Shown here in pieces: positions 56,433-64,000 of a stretch of DNA of 64,000 nucleotides (positions within the stretch are counted from its first letter, which is position 1; every line of letters begins with the position of its first letter). The position numbers were made by a program, and so were the translations under genes. The notes below the pieces were generated by a model. The model was not told the DNA's origin. It saw nothing but the letters and a program-made list of their open reading frames with translations, and did not search any database. Source of the DNA: a virus; the IMG/VR virus record IMGVR_UViG_3300044617_001156, one strand, 5' to 3'.

Positions 56433-57911
56433 GTGATTGATAGTACAGCAAATCTTGTTATATCAAAATCCAACGAAGTATTTTTAAAAATTAATACGGA
56501 ACCTCATATTGAATATGAACTTAGAGACCACTTTAAGTTTGAGATTCCGAATGCAAAATTTATGCCCCAGTATCGCGGAAGAAACTGGAATGGCGAAATT
56601 CACTTATTTGATATGAGGTCCAAGCAGATTTACGTAGGTCTTTTAGACAAGATAGTAAATTTCTGCAACCAATACGGATATTCTTATAAGTTTGAAGAGA
56701 ATAAATTTTACGGGCAACCTTTTGAGATAAATGAACACATCTCATATGAAGGTGTTAAGGATTATATGCATTCTATTTGCTCTCATTCTCCGAGAGACTA
56801 TCAAATAGAGGGAGTATACGATGCTCTACGACATAACCGAAAATTACTAATATCACCCACAGCCTCAGGAAAATCCTTGATGATTTATTCCCTCGTAAGG
56901 TATTACGTAGATAAAGGAGAAAAAATTCTTCTAGTTGTTCCGACGACATCTCTTGTAGAGCAGATGTACAAGGATTTTTTAGATTATGGTTGGGATGCTG
57001 AGTCATATTGTCACCGCATTTATTCGGGTAGAGAGAAAACAAATGAGCATCCAGTTACTATTACAACTTGGCAATCTGTATATAAACTAGAACGTTCATT
57101 CTTTGAAGACTATGGTTGCATTATAGGAGATGAAGCACATCTTTTCAAGAGTAAGTCATTGATTGATATCATGACTAAACTTCATCATGCTAAGTATAGA
57201 TTTGGATTTACTGGTACATTAGATGGAACACAAACTCATAAATGGGTTTTGGAAGGTTTATTTGGTCCATCATACAAAGTAACTAGAACAGATGAATTAA
57301 TGAAACAAGGATATCTATCTCAATTAGATATTCAATGTTTGGTTCTTAAACATAAACCACAAAAATTTGAAACTTATGAAGATGAGATTCAGTATTTGAT
57401 TTCACATGAACAGAGAAATAAGTTTATTACAAATCTTACTCTTGATCTAAAAGGAAATACTCTTGTTTTGTTTAGTAGAGTTGAATCTCATGGAGCAGTA
57501 CTATACGAAAGAATAAATAATTCAAAGCAAAGTAATCGTAAAGTATTTTTTGTTCATGGTGGAGTTGATGCTGAAGAAAGAGAAATGGTAAGAGAAATTA
57601 CCGAAAGAGAAAATAATGCTATTATTGTTGCTTCTTATGGAACTTTCTCTACGGGAATTAATATTAAAAATCTACACAATGTAATCTTTGCTTCTCCAAG
57701 TAAATCTAGAATTAGAAATTTACAATCAATAGGAAGAGTTTTAAGGAAAGGAAAAAATAAAACAAAAGCAGTTCTTTATGATATTGCTGATGACTGTACT
57801 TACAACTCACGTAAAAATTATACTTTAAATCACCTCATTGAAAGAATTAAAACTTATAATGAAGAGAATTTCAACTATGAAATAATTACAATACAACTTA
57901 AGAGCAAATGA
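56433..57911 (+). CDS. uvsW: SF2 DNA helicase
   Basis: SPTASGKS, GDEAH, GFTGT, QSIGRVLR. Confidence 0.96.
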   Translation: MIDSTANLVISKSNEVFLKINTEPHIEYELRDHFKFEIPNAKFMPQYRGRNWNGEIHLFDMRSKQIYVGLLDKIVNFCNQYGYSYKFEENKFYGQPFEINEHISYEGVKDYMHSICSHSPRDYQIEGVYDALRHNRKLLISPTASGKSLMIYSLVRYYVDKGEKILLVVPTTSLVEQMYKDFLDYGWDAESYCHRIYSGREKTNEHPVTITTWQSVYKLERSFFEDYGCIIGDEAHLFKSKSLIDIMTKLHHAKYRFGFTGTLDGTQTHKWVLEGLFGPSYKVTRTDELMKQGYLSQLDIQCLVLKHKPQKFETYEDEIQYLISHEQRNKFITNLTLDLKGNTLVLFSRVESHGAVLYERINNSKQSNRKVFFVHGGVDAEEREMVREITERENNAIIVASYGTFSTGINIKNLHNVIFASPSKSRIRNLQSIGRVLRKGKNKTKAVLYDIADDCTYNSRKNYTLNHLIERIKTYNEENFNYEIITIQLKSK

Positions 57912-58396
57912 ATTATTACACTTACGCATATCTTAGGGAAGATGGAACTCCTTACTATATCGGTAAAGGTAAAGGAAATCGCATTCATTCAAAATCCAAT
58001 AGAGTTTTTAATCCTCCGCCTAAAGAAAGAAGAATATATCTAAAACAAAATTTAACGGAAGAAGAAGCATTTAAGCATGAAGTTTATATGATATCTATTT
58101 TTGGTAGAAAAGATTTGAAGACAGGAATTCTTCATAATAAATCAAATGGCGGCGTAGGTGGAGGTACTATGAAGGGTCGTAAACATTCCCAAGAAACAAA
58201 GGAGAGAATGAGGCAAACTAAACTTGGTAAAAAACATACTCTCCGAGAAAGGAAGAATATGAGTGAATCTCATAAAGGTCTCAAGTATCCCAACAGAAAA
58301 AGTAATCCACAAACAGAACAACATAGAAAGAACAGAAGTGAATCTGTAAAACTATGGTGGAAACAAAGAAAAGAGGTTCAAGCAAATGGGAATTGA
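57908..58396 (+). mobile_element. Free-standing GIY-YIG-family homing endonuclease with NUMOD3-like repeats
   Basis: YYTYAYLREDGTPYYIGKG..NR, conserved E and N; KGRKHSQETKERM and LGKKHT motifs. Confidence 0.85.
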
Positions 58397-58781
58397 AGAA
58401 GATTTCTACGCAACGGTTAAACTAAAAACAGGCGAAGAACTATTTGCTAAAGTAGCAGCCTCAGAGGAAGAGGATAGAACGTTCTTAATCGTATCCAGTC
58501 CAATTGTTATTTCTGAAGTTAAAACTAGAACAGGTGCATCTGGATATAAACTTGAACCTTGGTTAAAGACAACCAAGGAAGATATGTTTATTATTAATCT
58601 AGAAGATGTAATTACTCTTTCAGAATCTTCTGATGTTGAAATGATATCCATGTATCAAAACTACGTAAGAGAATATTCAAAGAAAGATGGTAGTCAAGCA
58701 AAGATAAGTCGTAAGATGGGATATATTGCTAATATCCATGATGCTAAAGAGATCTTAGAAAAGCTTTATAAAAATAGCTAA
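58386..58781 (+). CDS. Conserved hypothetical protein between uvsW and gp55
   Basis: FYATVKLKTGEELFA...PW; syntenic position. Confidence 0.8.
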   Translation: MGIEEDFYATVKLKTGEELFAKVAASEEEDRTFLIVSSPIVISEVKTRTGASGYKLEPWLKTTKEDMFIINLEDVITLSESSDVEMISMYQNYVREYSKKDGSQAKISRKMGYIANIHDAKEILEKLYKNS

Positions 58782-58832
58782 GTTAAATCTTTTCAACCTC
58801 GACAAAGGTAATTGTACAACATTTGAATAACC

Positions 58833-58861
58833 TTGTCAACTATTGGTGAAGGTGTTATAAT
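58833..58861 (+). promoter_or_regulatory. sigma70-like promoter for gp55-gp47-gp46
   Basis: TTGTCA-17 nt-TATAAT; -35 lies in an arm of the imperfect inverted repeat GACAAAGGTAATT...AATAACCTTGTC. Confidence 0.7.
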
Positions 58862-58886
58862 ATCTACATAATAATGATAAAAACTT

Positions 58887-59384
58887 ATGATAACCACAGC
58901 AGTTATGACCAAAAGAAAGAGGTCAGAGCATTACGTCAACAATAAAGAGTTTCTTGCAGCACTGATTAAGTATCGTGAAGATAAAGAGATTGCTGTATTG
59001 CAAAACAAACCAAAACCTCCTATTCCTCGCTACATTGGAGAGTGTTTCCTGAAGATTGCAAATCACCTGTCTTTCAAACCAAACTTCGTGAACTACATGT
59101 TTAAGGAAGATATGATTTCTGACGGTATTGAAAACTGCGTTCAATACATTCATAACTTCAATCCTGAGAAGTCGCAAAATCCTTTCGCATATTTCACTCA
59201 AATCATTCACTACGCCTTCCTCCGTAGAATCCAAAGAGAAAAGCGTCAGTTGGAAATCAAAAATAAAATTCTTGAAAAGTCTGGATATTCTGAAGTATTC
59301 AGCAATGATAACAGTGTTGACGGCGACAACTATTCCGACTATAATAGCATCAAGGACGGCGTTCATTCTAAGCTTCGTTATTGA
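58887..59384 (+). CDS. gp55: Late-transcription sigma factor
   Basis: HYVNNKEF...YIGECFLKIA..LS.KPNF..Y...NPFAYFTQI..YAFLRRI. Confidence 0.97.
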   Translation: MITTAVMTKRKRSEHYVNNKEFLAALIKYREDKEIAVLQNKPKPPIPRYIGECFLKIANHLSFKPNFVNYMFKEDMISDGIENCVQYIHNFNPEKSQNPFAYFTQIIHYAFLRRIQREKRQLEIKNKILEKSGYSEVFSNDNSVDGDNYSDYNSIKDGVHSKLRY

Positions 59385-59387
59385 TTG

Positions 59388-60428
59388 ATGAAAGTAGCAA
59401 TTATTACAGACCAACATTTTGGTGCTAGAAAGAATTCTAAACTCTTTCATGATTATTTCCTAAAGTTCTACAATGATGTATTTTTCCCCACACTCGAAGA
59501 GCAGGGGATTACTACCGTTGTAGATATGGGAGATACTTTTGATAGTCGTAAAGGAATTGATTTCTCTGCTCTATCTTGGGCTAAGAATAATTATTACGAT
59601 CGTCTTCAAGAAATGGGAGTAAAGGTTCATACGATTGTAGGAAACCATACTGCTTATTATAAAAATACCAATAACGTAAACGCAGTAGATTTACTTCTAC
59701 GTGAATACGATAATGTGACCGTATATTCCGAACCAACTGAAGTAGTGTTGGATAAACTTCCAACACTTTTTATTCCCTGGATTAATCAAGAAAATGAAGA
59801 AAAAACTCTTAAACTTATTCAAAAGACAACTTGCCCGTGCGCGATGGGGCACCTTGAACTCCAAGGATTTAGAGTTAATCGACAAATCGTCATGGAACAT
59901 GGTTTGGAAAGCAAGTTATTTGAGAAGTTCGAACGTGTCTTCTCGGGACACTATCACACTCGATCGACTAACGGAACAGTCTTCTATCTAGGAAATCCTT
60001 ATGAAATGTTTTGGAATGACCTGAATGATACTCGCGGGTTTCATATTTTTGACACTGAAACATTAGAACATACTCCAATAAACAATCCATATAAACTTTT
60101 TTACAATATCTATTACGAAGATACTAACTATCAGACATTTGATACTAGAGAATATGAAGACAAAATAGTTAAAGTTGTTGTTCGCAAGAAAACTGATACT
60201 AAAAAATTTGAAAAGTTTATTGATAAACTTTATTCTTCTAATATTTCAGAGCTTAAGATTATTGAAAACTTTGATATTCAAGAACCTCAAGAGTTTGAGG
60301 CATTTGAAAGTGAAGATACTATCTCTATTCTGAATAGATATATTGAAGAATCTGAAGTAAACCTTGATAAAACAATCATTCAAAAATTACTTCAAGAACT
60401 TTATCAAGAAGCATGTGAGTTAGTTTAA
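59388..60428 (+). CDS. gp47: Recombination endonuclease subunit (Mre11/SbcD-like)
   Basis: TDQHFG, GDTFD, GNH, SGHYH phosphoesterase motifs. Confidence 0.96.
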   Translation: MKVAIITDQHFGARKNSKLFHDYFLKFYNDVFFPTLEEQGITTVVDMGDTFDSRKGIDFSALSWAKNNYYDRLQEMGVKVHTIVGNHTAYYKNTNNVNAVDLLLREYDNVTVYSEPTEVVLDKLPTLFIPWINQENEEKTLKLIQKTTCPCAMGHLELQGFRVNRQIVMEHGLESKLFEKFERVFSGHYHTRSTNGTVFYLGNPYEMFWNDLNDTRGFHIFDTETLEHTPINNPYKLFYNIYYEDTNYQTFDTREYEDKIVKVVVRKKTDTKKFEKFIDKLYSSNISELKIIENFDIQEPQEFEAFESEDTISILNRYIEESEVNLDKTIIQKLLQELYQEACELV

Positions 60429-60429
60429 T

Positions 60430-60702
60430 ATGTTTATACTAACTATCAATGGAAGAGAAACTGAAGGTGCATATTCAGTAAAAAATGAAGAAGGGGAGAA
60501 AATATTATATTTGTTTCAGGAAGAGGATGATGCGGTAAGATATGCTATAATGTTAGAAGAAGATGATTACCCAGAAATGCATGTCATTGAAATTGAAGAT
60601 GAGGTAATTATACAAACTTGCGAACTACATGGATACCAATATACTGTAATTACTCCTGACGATATTGTAATTCCTCCAACCACTGATTATGATTTTATTT
60701 AA
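60430..60702 (+). CDS. Conserved acidic hypothetical protein
   Basis: LF.EEDDA.RYA.ML...IVIPP; between gp47 and gp46. Confidence 0.8.
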   Translation: MFILTINGRETEGAYSVKNEEGEKILYLFQEEDDAVRYAIMLEEDDYPEMHVIEIEDEVIIQTCELHGYQYTVITPDDIVIPPTTDYDFI

Positions 60703-62401
60703 AAAAATAAGGTATAAAAATTTCCTTTCCACTGGCAATCAATATACTGAAATTGATTTTACAAAGCACGCAACTAATCTAATCGTAGGTACTAACGGTG
60801 CAGGTAAATCCACCGTATTGGATGCTTTGTGTTTTTCTTTGTATGGGAAAGGATTTAGAAAAATTAATAAACCTCAACTGGTCAATTCTGTAAATGAAAA
60901 AGACTGTAAAGTTGAAATAGAATTTTCCATCGGCAAAACAGAATGGAAAGTCATTCGCGGAATCAAACCAGCAATATTTGAAATTGAAAGAGATGGTAAA
61001 GTACTCGATCAGTCATCAGCATCTCTAGATCAACAAAAGTGGTTGGAACAAAATGTTCTTAAGATGAACTATAAGTCTTTTACTCAAATCGTAATTTTGG
61101 GTTCAAGTACTTTTGTTCCTTTTATGCAACTTTCTGCAGCAAATCGCAGAGAAGTCATCGAGGATCTTCTTGATATTAAGATCTTTTCTTCAATGAATCT
61201 TGTTGTAAAGGAAAAAATTCGTCAAGTAAAAGAAGAAATTAAAGTTCTTGAATTAAAAAAAGAGTCTCTTCTTGATAAGGTCAAGATGCAACAAGAGTTT
61301 ATTGAAGAACTTGAAAATCGCGGTAATGCCAACATCAACGCCAATAAAGAAAAGATTGCCAATTTAAATACTGAAATTGGTGTTTATATTGAGGAGAATA
61401 CTTCTCTGGAAGAACCTCTTCAGAAGCACATTGTTGAGCAAGATAAACTAATTGGGTATGCTGATAAACTCCGTAAGTTTGGAAACTTGAAAGGTAAGAT
61501 CTCTCAGAAAGTATCTACTATTACTAAAGAGCATAAGTTCTTTACTGAGAATACGGTTTGCCCAACTTGCACACAATCTATTGATGAAGAGTTCAGAATA
61601 AATAAGATTAACGACGCTCAAAATAAAGCAAAAGAGTTGCAATCCGGTTATAAAGAACTGGAGGAGGCAATTAAAGAGGAAGAAGAGCGAGAGCGTCAAT
61701 TCCTTACTCTCTCTAAAGAGATCTCGAAATTAACGAATGGTATTTCTCAAAACAATATTAAGATCTCTGGATTCCAAAGACAAATCAGAGATCTTGAATC
61801 TGAAATTCAAACAATTACCGAGCAACTTAAAAACAGAAATTCTGAACATGAAAAGTTAGAGACATTCAAAGAAAACTTAAAAACTACATACGACGACCTC
61901 TCATCTAAAAAAGACGCAATCAACTATTACGATTTTTCGTATAGTTTGCTTAAAGACGGTGGGGTTAAATCTAAAATCATTAAGAAGTATTTGCCTCTCA
62001 TCAATCAGCAAGTTAATCGCTACTTGCAAATGATGGACTTCTACATTAACTTTACACTTGATGAGGAGTTTAACGAAACCGTCCAGTCACCCATTCATGA
62101 AGATTTCTCTTATGCTTCTTTCAGTGAAGGAGAGAAAATGAGAATTGACCTTGCTCTACTTTTCACTTGGCGAGAAGTGGCAAGAATGAAGAACTCAGTT
62201 AATACAAATCTTTTAATTATGGATGAGGTATTTGATAGTTCTCTGGATGGATTTGGTACAGAAGAGTTTCTTAAAATTATTAGGTATGTGCTGAAAGATA
62301 CTAACGTTTATGTTATCTCACACAAAACTGGTCTTGAGGACAGATTTGAATCTGTAACAAAGTTTGAGAAAGTCAAAGGTTTTTCGCATATGGTGGTCTG
62401 A
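60689..62401 (+). CDS. gp46: Recombination ATPase subunit (Rad50/SbcC-like)
   Basis: GTNGAGKST, CPTC zinc hook, FSEGEK signature, LIMDEVFD. Confidence 0.97.
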   Translation: MILFKKIRYKNFLSTGNQYTEIDFTKHATNLIVGTNGAGKSTVLDALCFSLYGKGFRKINKPQLVNSVNEKDCKVEIEFSIGKTEWKVIRGIKPAIFEIERDGKVLDQSSASLDQQKWLEQNVLKMNYKSFTQIVILGSSTFVPFMQLSAANRREVIEDLLDIKIFSSMNLVVKEKIRQVKEEIKVLELKKESLLDKVKMQQEFIEELENRGNANINANKEKIANLNTEIGVYIEENTSLEEPLQKHIVEQDKLIGYADKLRKFGNLKGKISQKVSTITKEHKFFTENTVCPTCTQSIDEEFRINKINDAQNKAKELQSGYKELEEAIKEEEERERQFLTLSKEISKLTNGISQNNIKISGFQRQIRDLESEIQTITEQLKNRNSEHEKLETFKENLKTTYDDLSSKKDAINYYDFSYSLLKDGGVKSKIIKKYLPLINQQVNRYLQMMDFYINFTLDEEFNETVQSPIHEDFSYASFSEGEKMRIDLALLFTWREVARMKNSVNTNLLIMDEVFDSSLDGFGTEEFLKIIRYVLKDTNVYVISHKTGLEDRFESVTKFEKVKGFSHMVV

Positions 62402-62456
62402 ACCACTTTTCAAACTGTCCACTGGGAGGTCTTCGGACCTCTTTTTTTTGTATAAT
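62399..62456 (+). promoter_or_regulatory. Composite element: TGAACCACTT-N3-AAACTGTCC box, UUCG terminator hairpin with T8, and TG-TATAAT extended -10
   Basis: GAGGTC-TTCG-GACCTC-T8 at 62426-62449; TATAAT at 62451-62456. Confidence 0.7.
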
Positions 62457-62478
62457 GAGCCTATAACGCATCAGACTT

Positions 62479-64000
62479 ATGTCCATTCGCCATGAGATCA
62501 AATCCCAACTTGCTAAACTGCTTGCCACTGAGGATCTCGTGGTTGAGCACAAGAAAGTTTCTACTGCTTGCTTTAACGTCCATACTCGTGTTCTAACCCT
62601 TCCTCTATGGGAGAAGGCAAGCAACCTTGTATATGACCTCCTGGTGGGCCACGAGGTAGGACACGCTCTCTTCACTCCTGATGAGGATTGGACTGAGACT
62701 ATAAAGGTTCCTCCCCAGTTTGTGAATGTGGTTGAGGATGCTCGCATTGAGAAGTTGATGAAGCGCAAGTATGCTGGACTTGCTAAGACTTTCTTCAATG
62801 GTTATAAAGAACTGAATGAAGAAGATTTCTTCCAGATTGCTGATGATGATATTTCTGTCTTCAATCTTGCTGACCGAGTGAACTTATACTTTAAGATTGG
62901 CAATTTTATCTCTTTGGACTTCAAACCAGAGGAACAAGAAATTGTTAATCTGATTGGTGCATGTGAAAGTTTTGCGGATGCTCTAATTGCCGCCGATGAA
63001 CTTTATAAGTATTGTAAGAAAGAAAAGGAGCAAGAACAGAAGGTTGCTGACTTTGATTCTCACGAGACTCAAGGAAATTCGCAATCTCCCGCAAGCGATT
63101 TTATTGAGACTAATGACTCCTCTTCCGATCAAGAAGGTGAGAGTGATAACTCTTCGGAAAAAGAGTCCGAAGAATCCTATGGTGGAACCGCTCAAGGGGA
63201 AGAAACTCCAGTAAAATCTTCAGATACTCAAGATGATCCAGAAGTTCGCACGGCCGATTCTCTGGAAGATAAAATTAGAAATCTTGTAAATCAAGATGGG
63301 TATGAGAGTGTTTATGTTGAGATTCCGCAAGTAAATCTGAATACGATCATTGCTAAGAACTCTGAAGTTCATAAAGAGATCAATGATTCTTTTGCTCATC
63401 AACAGAAAATTCACAATGAGCACGCAGAGGAAGAAAGATATACTCCAGTAAATCTTTACAAAGATTCTGATCTTGAGTTTAAGAAGTTTAAGTCTTATGC
63501 TCAGAAGGAAGTCAACTATCTTGTGAAAGAGTTTGAATGTCGTAAGGCAGCAGATCAGTATGCCCGCGCATCTACTGCTCGCACTGGCGTTCTTGATACC
63601 ACTCGCCTTCATACCTACAAATATAATGAGGATCTTTTCAAGAAAGTTTCCATAATTCCTGATGGTAAGAATCACGGTCTAGTATTTGTTTTGGACTGGA
63701 GTGGATCTATGTCAGATGTGATGATTGATACTTGTAAGCAACTCTTCAATCTTGTTTGGTTCTGTAAGAAAGTTTCCATTCCCTTTGAGGTTTATGCTTT
63801 CACAAATGAATGGCGTCGTGGTGAATGGGATTATGAAAAGGAGCGTTATCTTGCTGCTGACCGTGAACCACACTATCAAAAGAAAGATGGTCTCCTAGTT
63901 GTTGATGAAACTTTCTCAATGATGAATGTTCTTACTAGTAAAGTTTCTGGTAAAGAACTGGAGAATCAAATGCTGAATATCTGGCGTCTTGCTTATTGTT
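62479..64000 (+). CDS. HEXXH metallopeptidase-like plus VWA domain protein (CobT-like), truncated by the window end
   Basis: Hand-translated MSIRHEIKSQLAKLLATEDL...LVGHEVGHAL...NVVEDARIE...GLVFVLDWSGSM; missing from the ORF track because no stop falls in the window. Confidence 0.85.
   Translation, partial: MSIRHEIKSQLAKLLATEDLVVEHKKVSTACFNVHTRVLTLPLWEKASNLVYDLLVGHEVGHALFTPDEDWTETIKVPPQFVNVVEDARIEKLMKRKYAGLAKTFFNGYKELNEEDFFQIADDDISVFNLADRVNLYFKIGNFISLDFKPEEQEIVNLIGACESFADALIAADELYKYCKKEKEQEQKVADFDSHETQGNSQSPASDFIETNDSSSDQEGESDNSSEKESEESYGGTAQGEETPVKSSDTQDDPEVRTADSLEDKIRNLVNQDGYESVYVEIPQVNLNTIIAKNSEVHKEINDSFAHQQKIHNEHAEEERYTPVNLYKDSDLEFKKFKSYAQKEVNYLVKEFECRKAADQYARASTARTGVLDTTRLHTYKYNEDLFKKVSIIPDGKNHGLVFVLDWSGSMSDVMIDTCKQLFNLVWFCKKVSIPFEVYAFTNEWRRGEWDYEKERYLAADREPHYQKKDGLLVVDETFSMMNVLTSKVSGKELENQMLNIWRLAYC

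Noticed and set aside
41249-57911. Introns or inteins in gp17, gp20, gp23 or uvsW
   Set aside because: Frames are continuous and of ordinary length, with no Hint motifs
12984-62401. Numerous short antisense or alternate-frame ORFs inside structural and recombination genes
   Set aside because: Nested in well-recognised genes, with no motifs or expression signals
62373-63675. ORFs 62373-62798 (-), 62983-63195 (-), 62987-63214 (+) and 63220-63675 (-)
   Set aside because: All overlap the long + strand HEXXH/VWA gene starting at 62479
1-64000. tRNA genes, diversity-generating retroelement, integrase, photosynthesis genes
   Set aside because: No cloverleaf with a T-loop consensus, reverse transcriptase, recombinase, or psbA/hli-like ORF was recognised by eye; tRNAscan-SE and HMM searches would be needed to exclude them fully

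Overview
This 64 kb window comes from a T4-like myovirus genome. Gene order and protein character resemble cyanophages (Kyanoviridae-type); the host is inferred, since no photosynthesis genes are present. All credible genes are on the + strand. (1) About 1-7.9 kb is a hyperplastic early region of mostly tiny ORFs. It is punctuated by nine copies of a 28-bp motif (TGGGCC-N4-RAASTGTMC-N3-TADTRW), seven of which start just after a stop codon. One motif-bounded unit carries a putative type II restriction-modification pair and another an RNA-ligase-fold protein. (2) About 6.0-6.8 kb and 7.9-8.4 kb are largely non-coding. They hold a cluster of cyanobacterial-type DnaA-box matches, an AT-rich tract, divergent sigma70 promoters and GNA-triloop DNA hairpins, suggesting an origin region. 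(3) About 10.7-56 kb is the virion module: gp25, gp6, gp7, gp8, a VrlC-like protein split into two genes (the second has a 38-Gly run and a Hint domain), gp13-gp23 and gp3, with accessory inserts. (4) About 56-64 kb holds uvsY, uvsW, a free-standing GIY-YIG homing endonuclease, gp55, gp47, gp46 and a truncated HEXXH/VWA protein. No tRNA, rRNA, CRISPR array, integrase or reverse transcriptase was seen. All calls come from reading motifs and synteny; no database searches were run.
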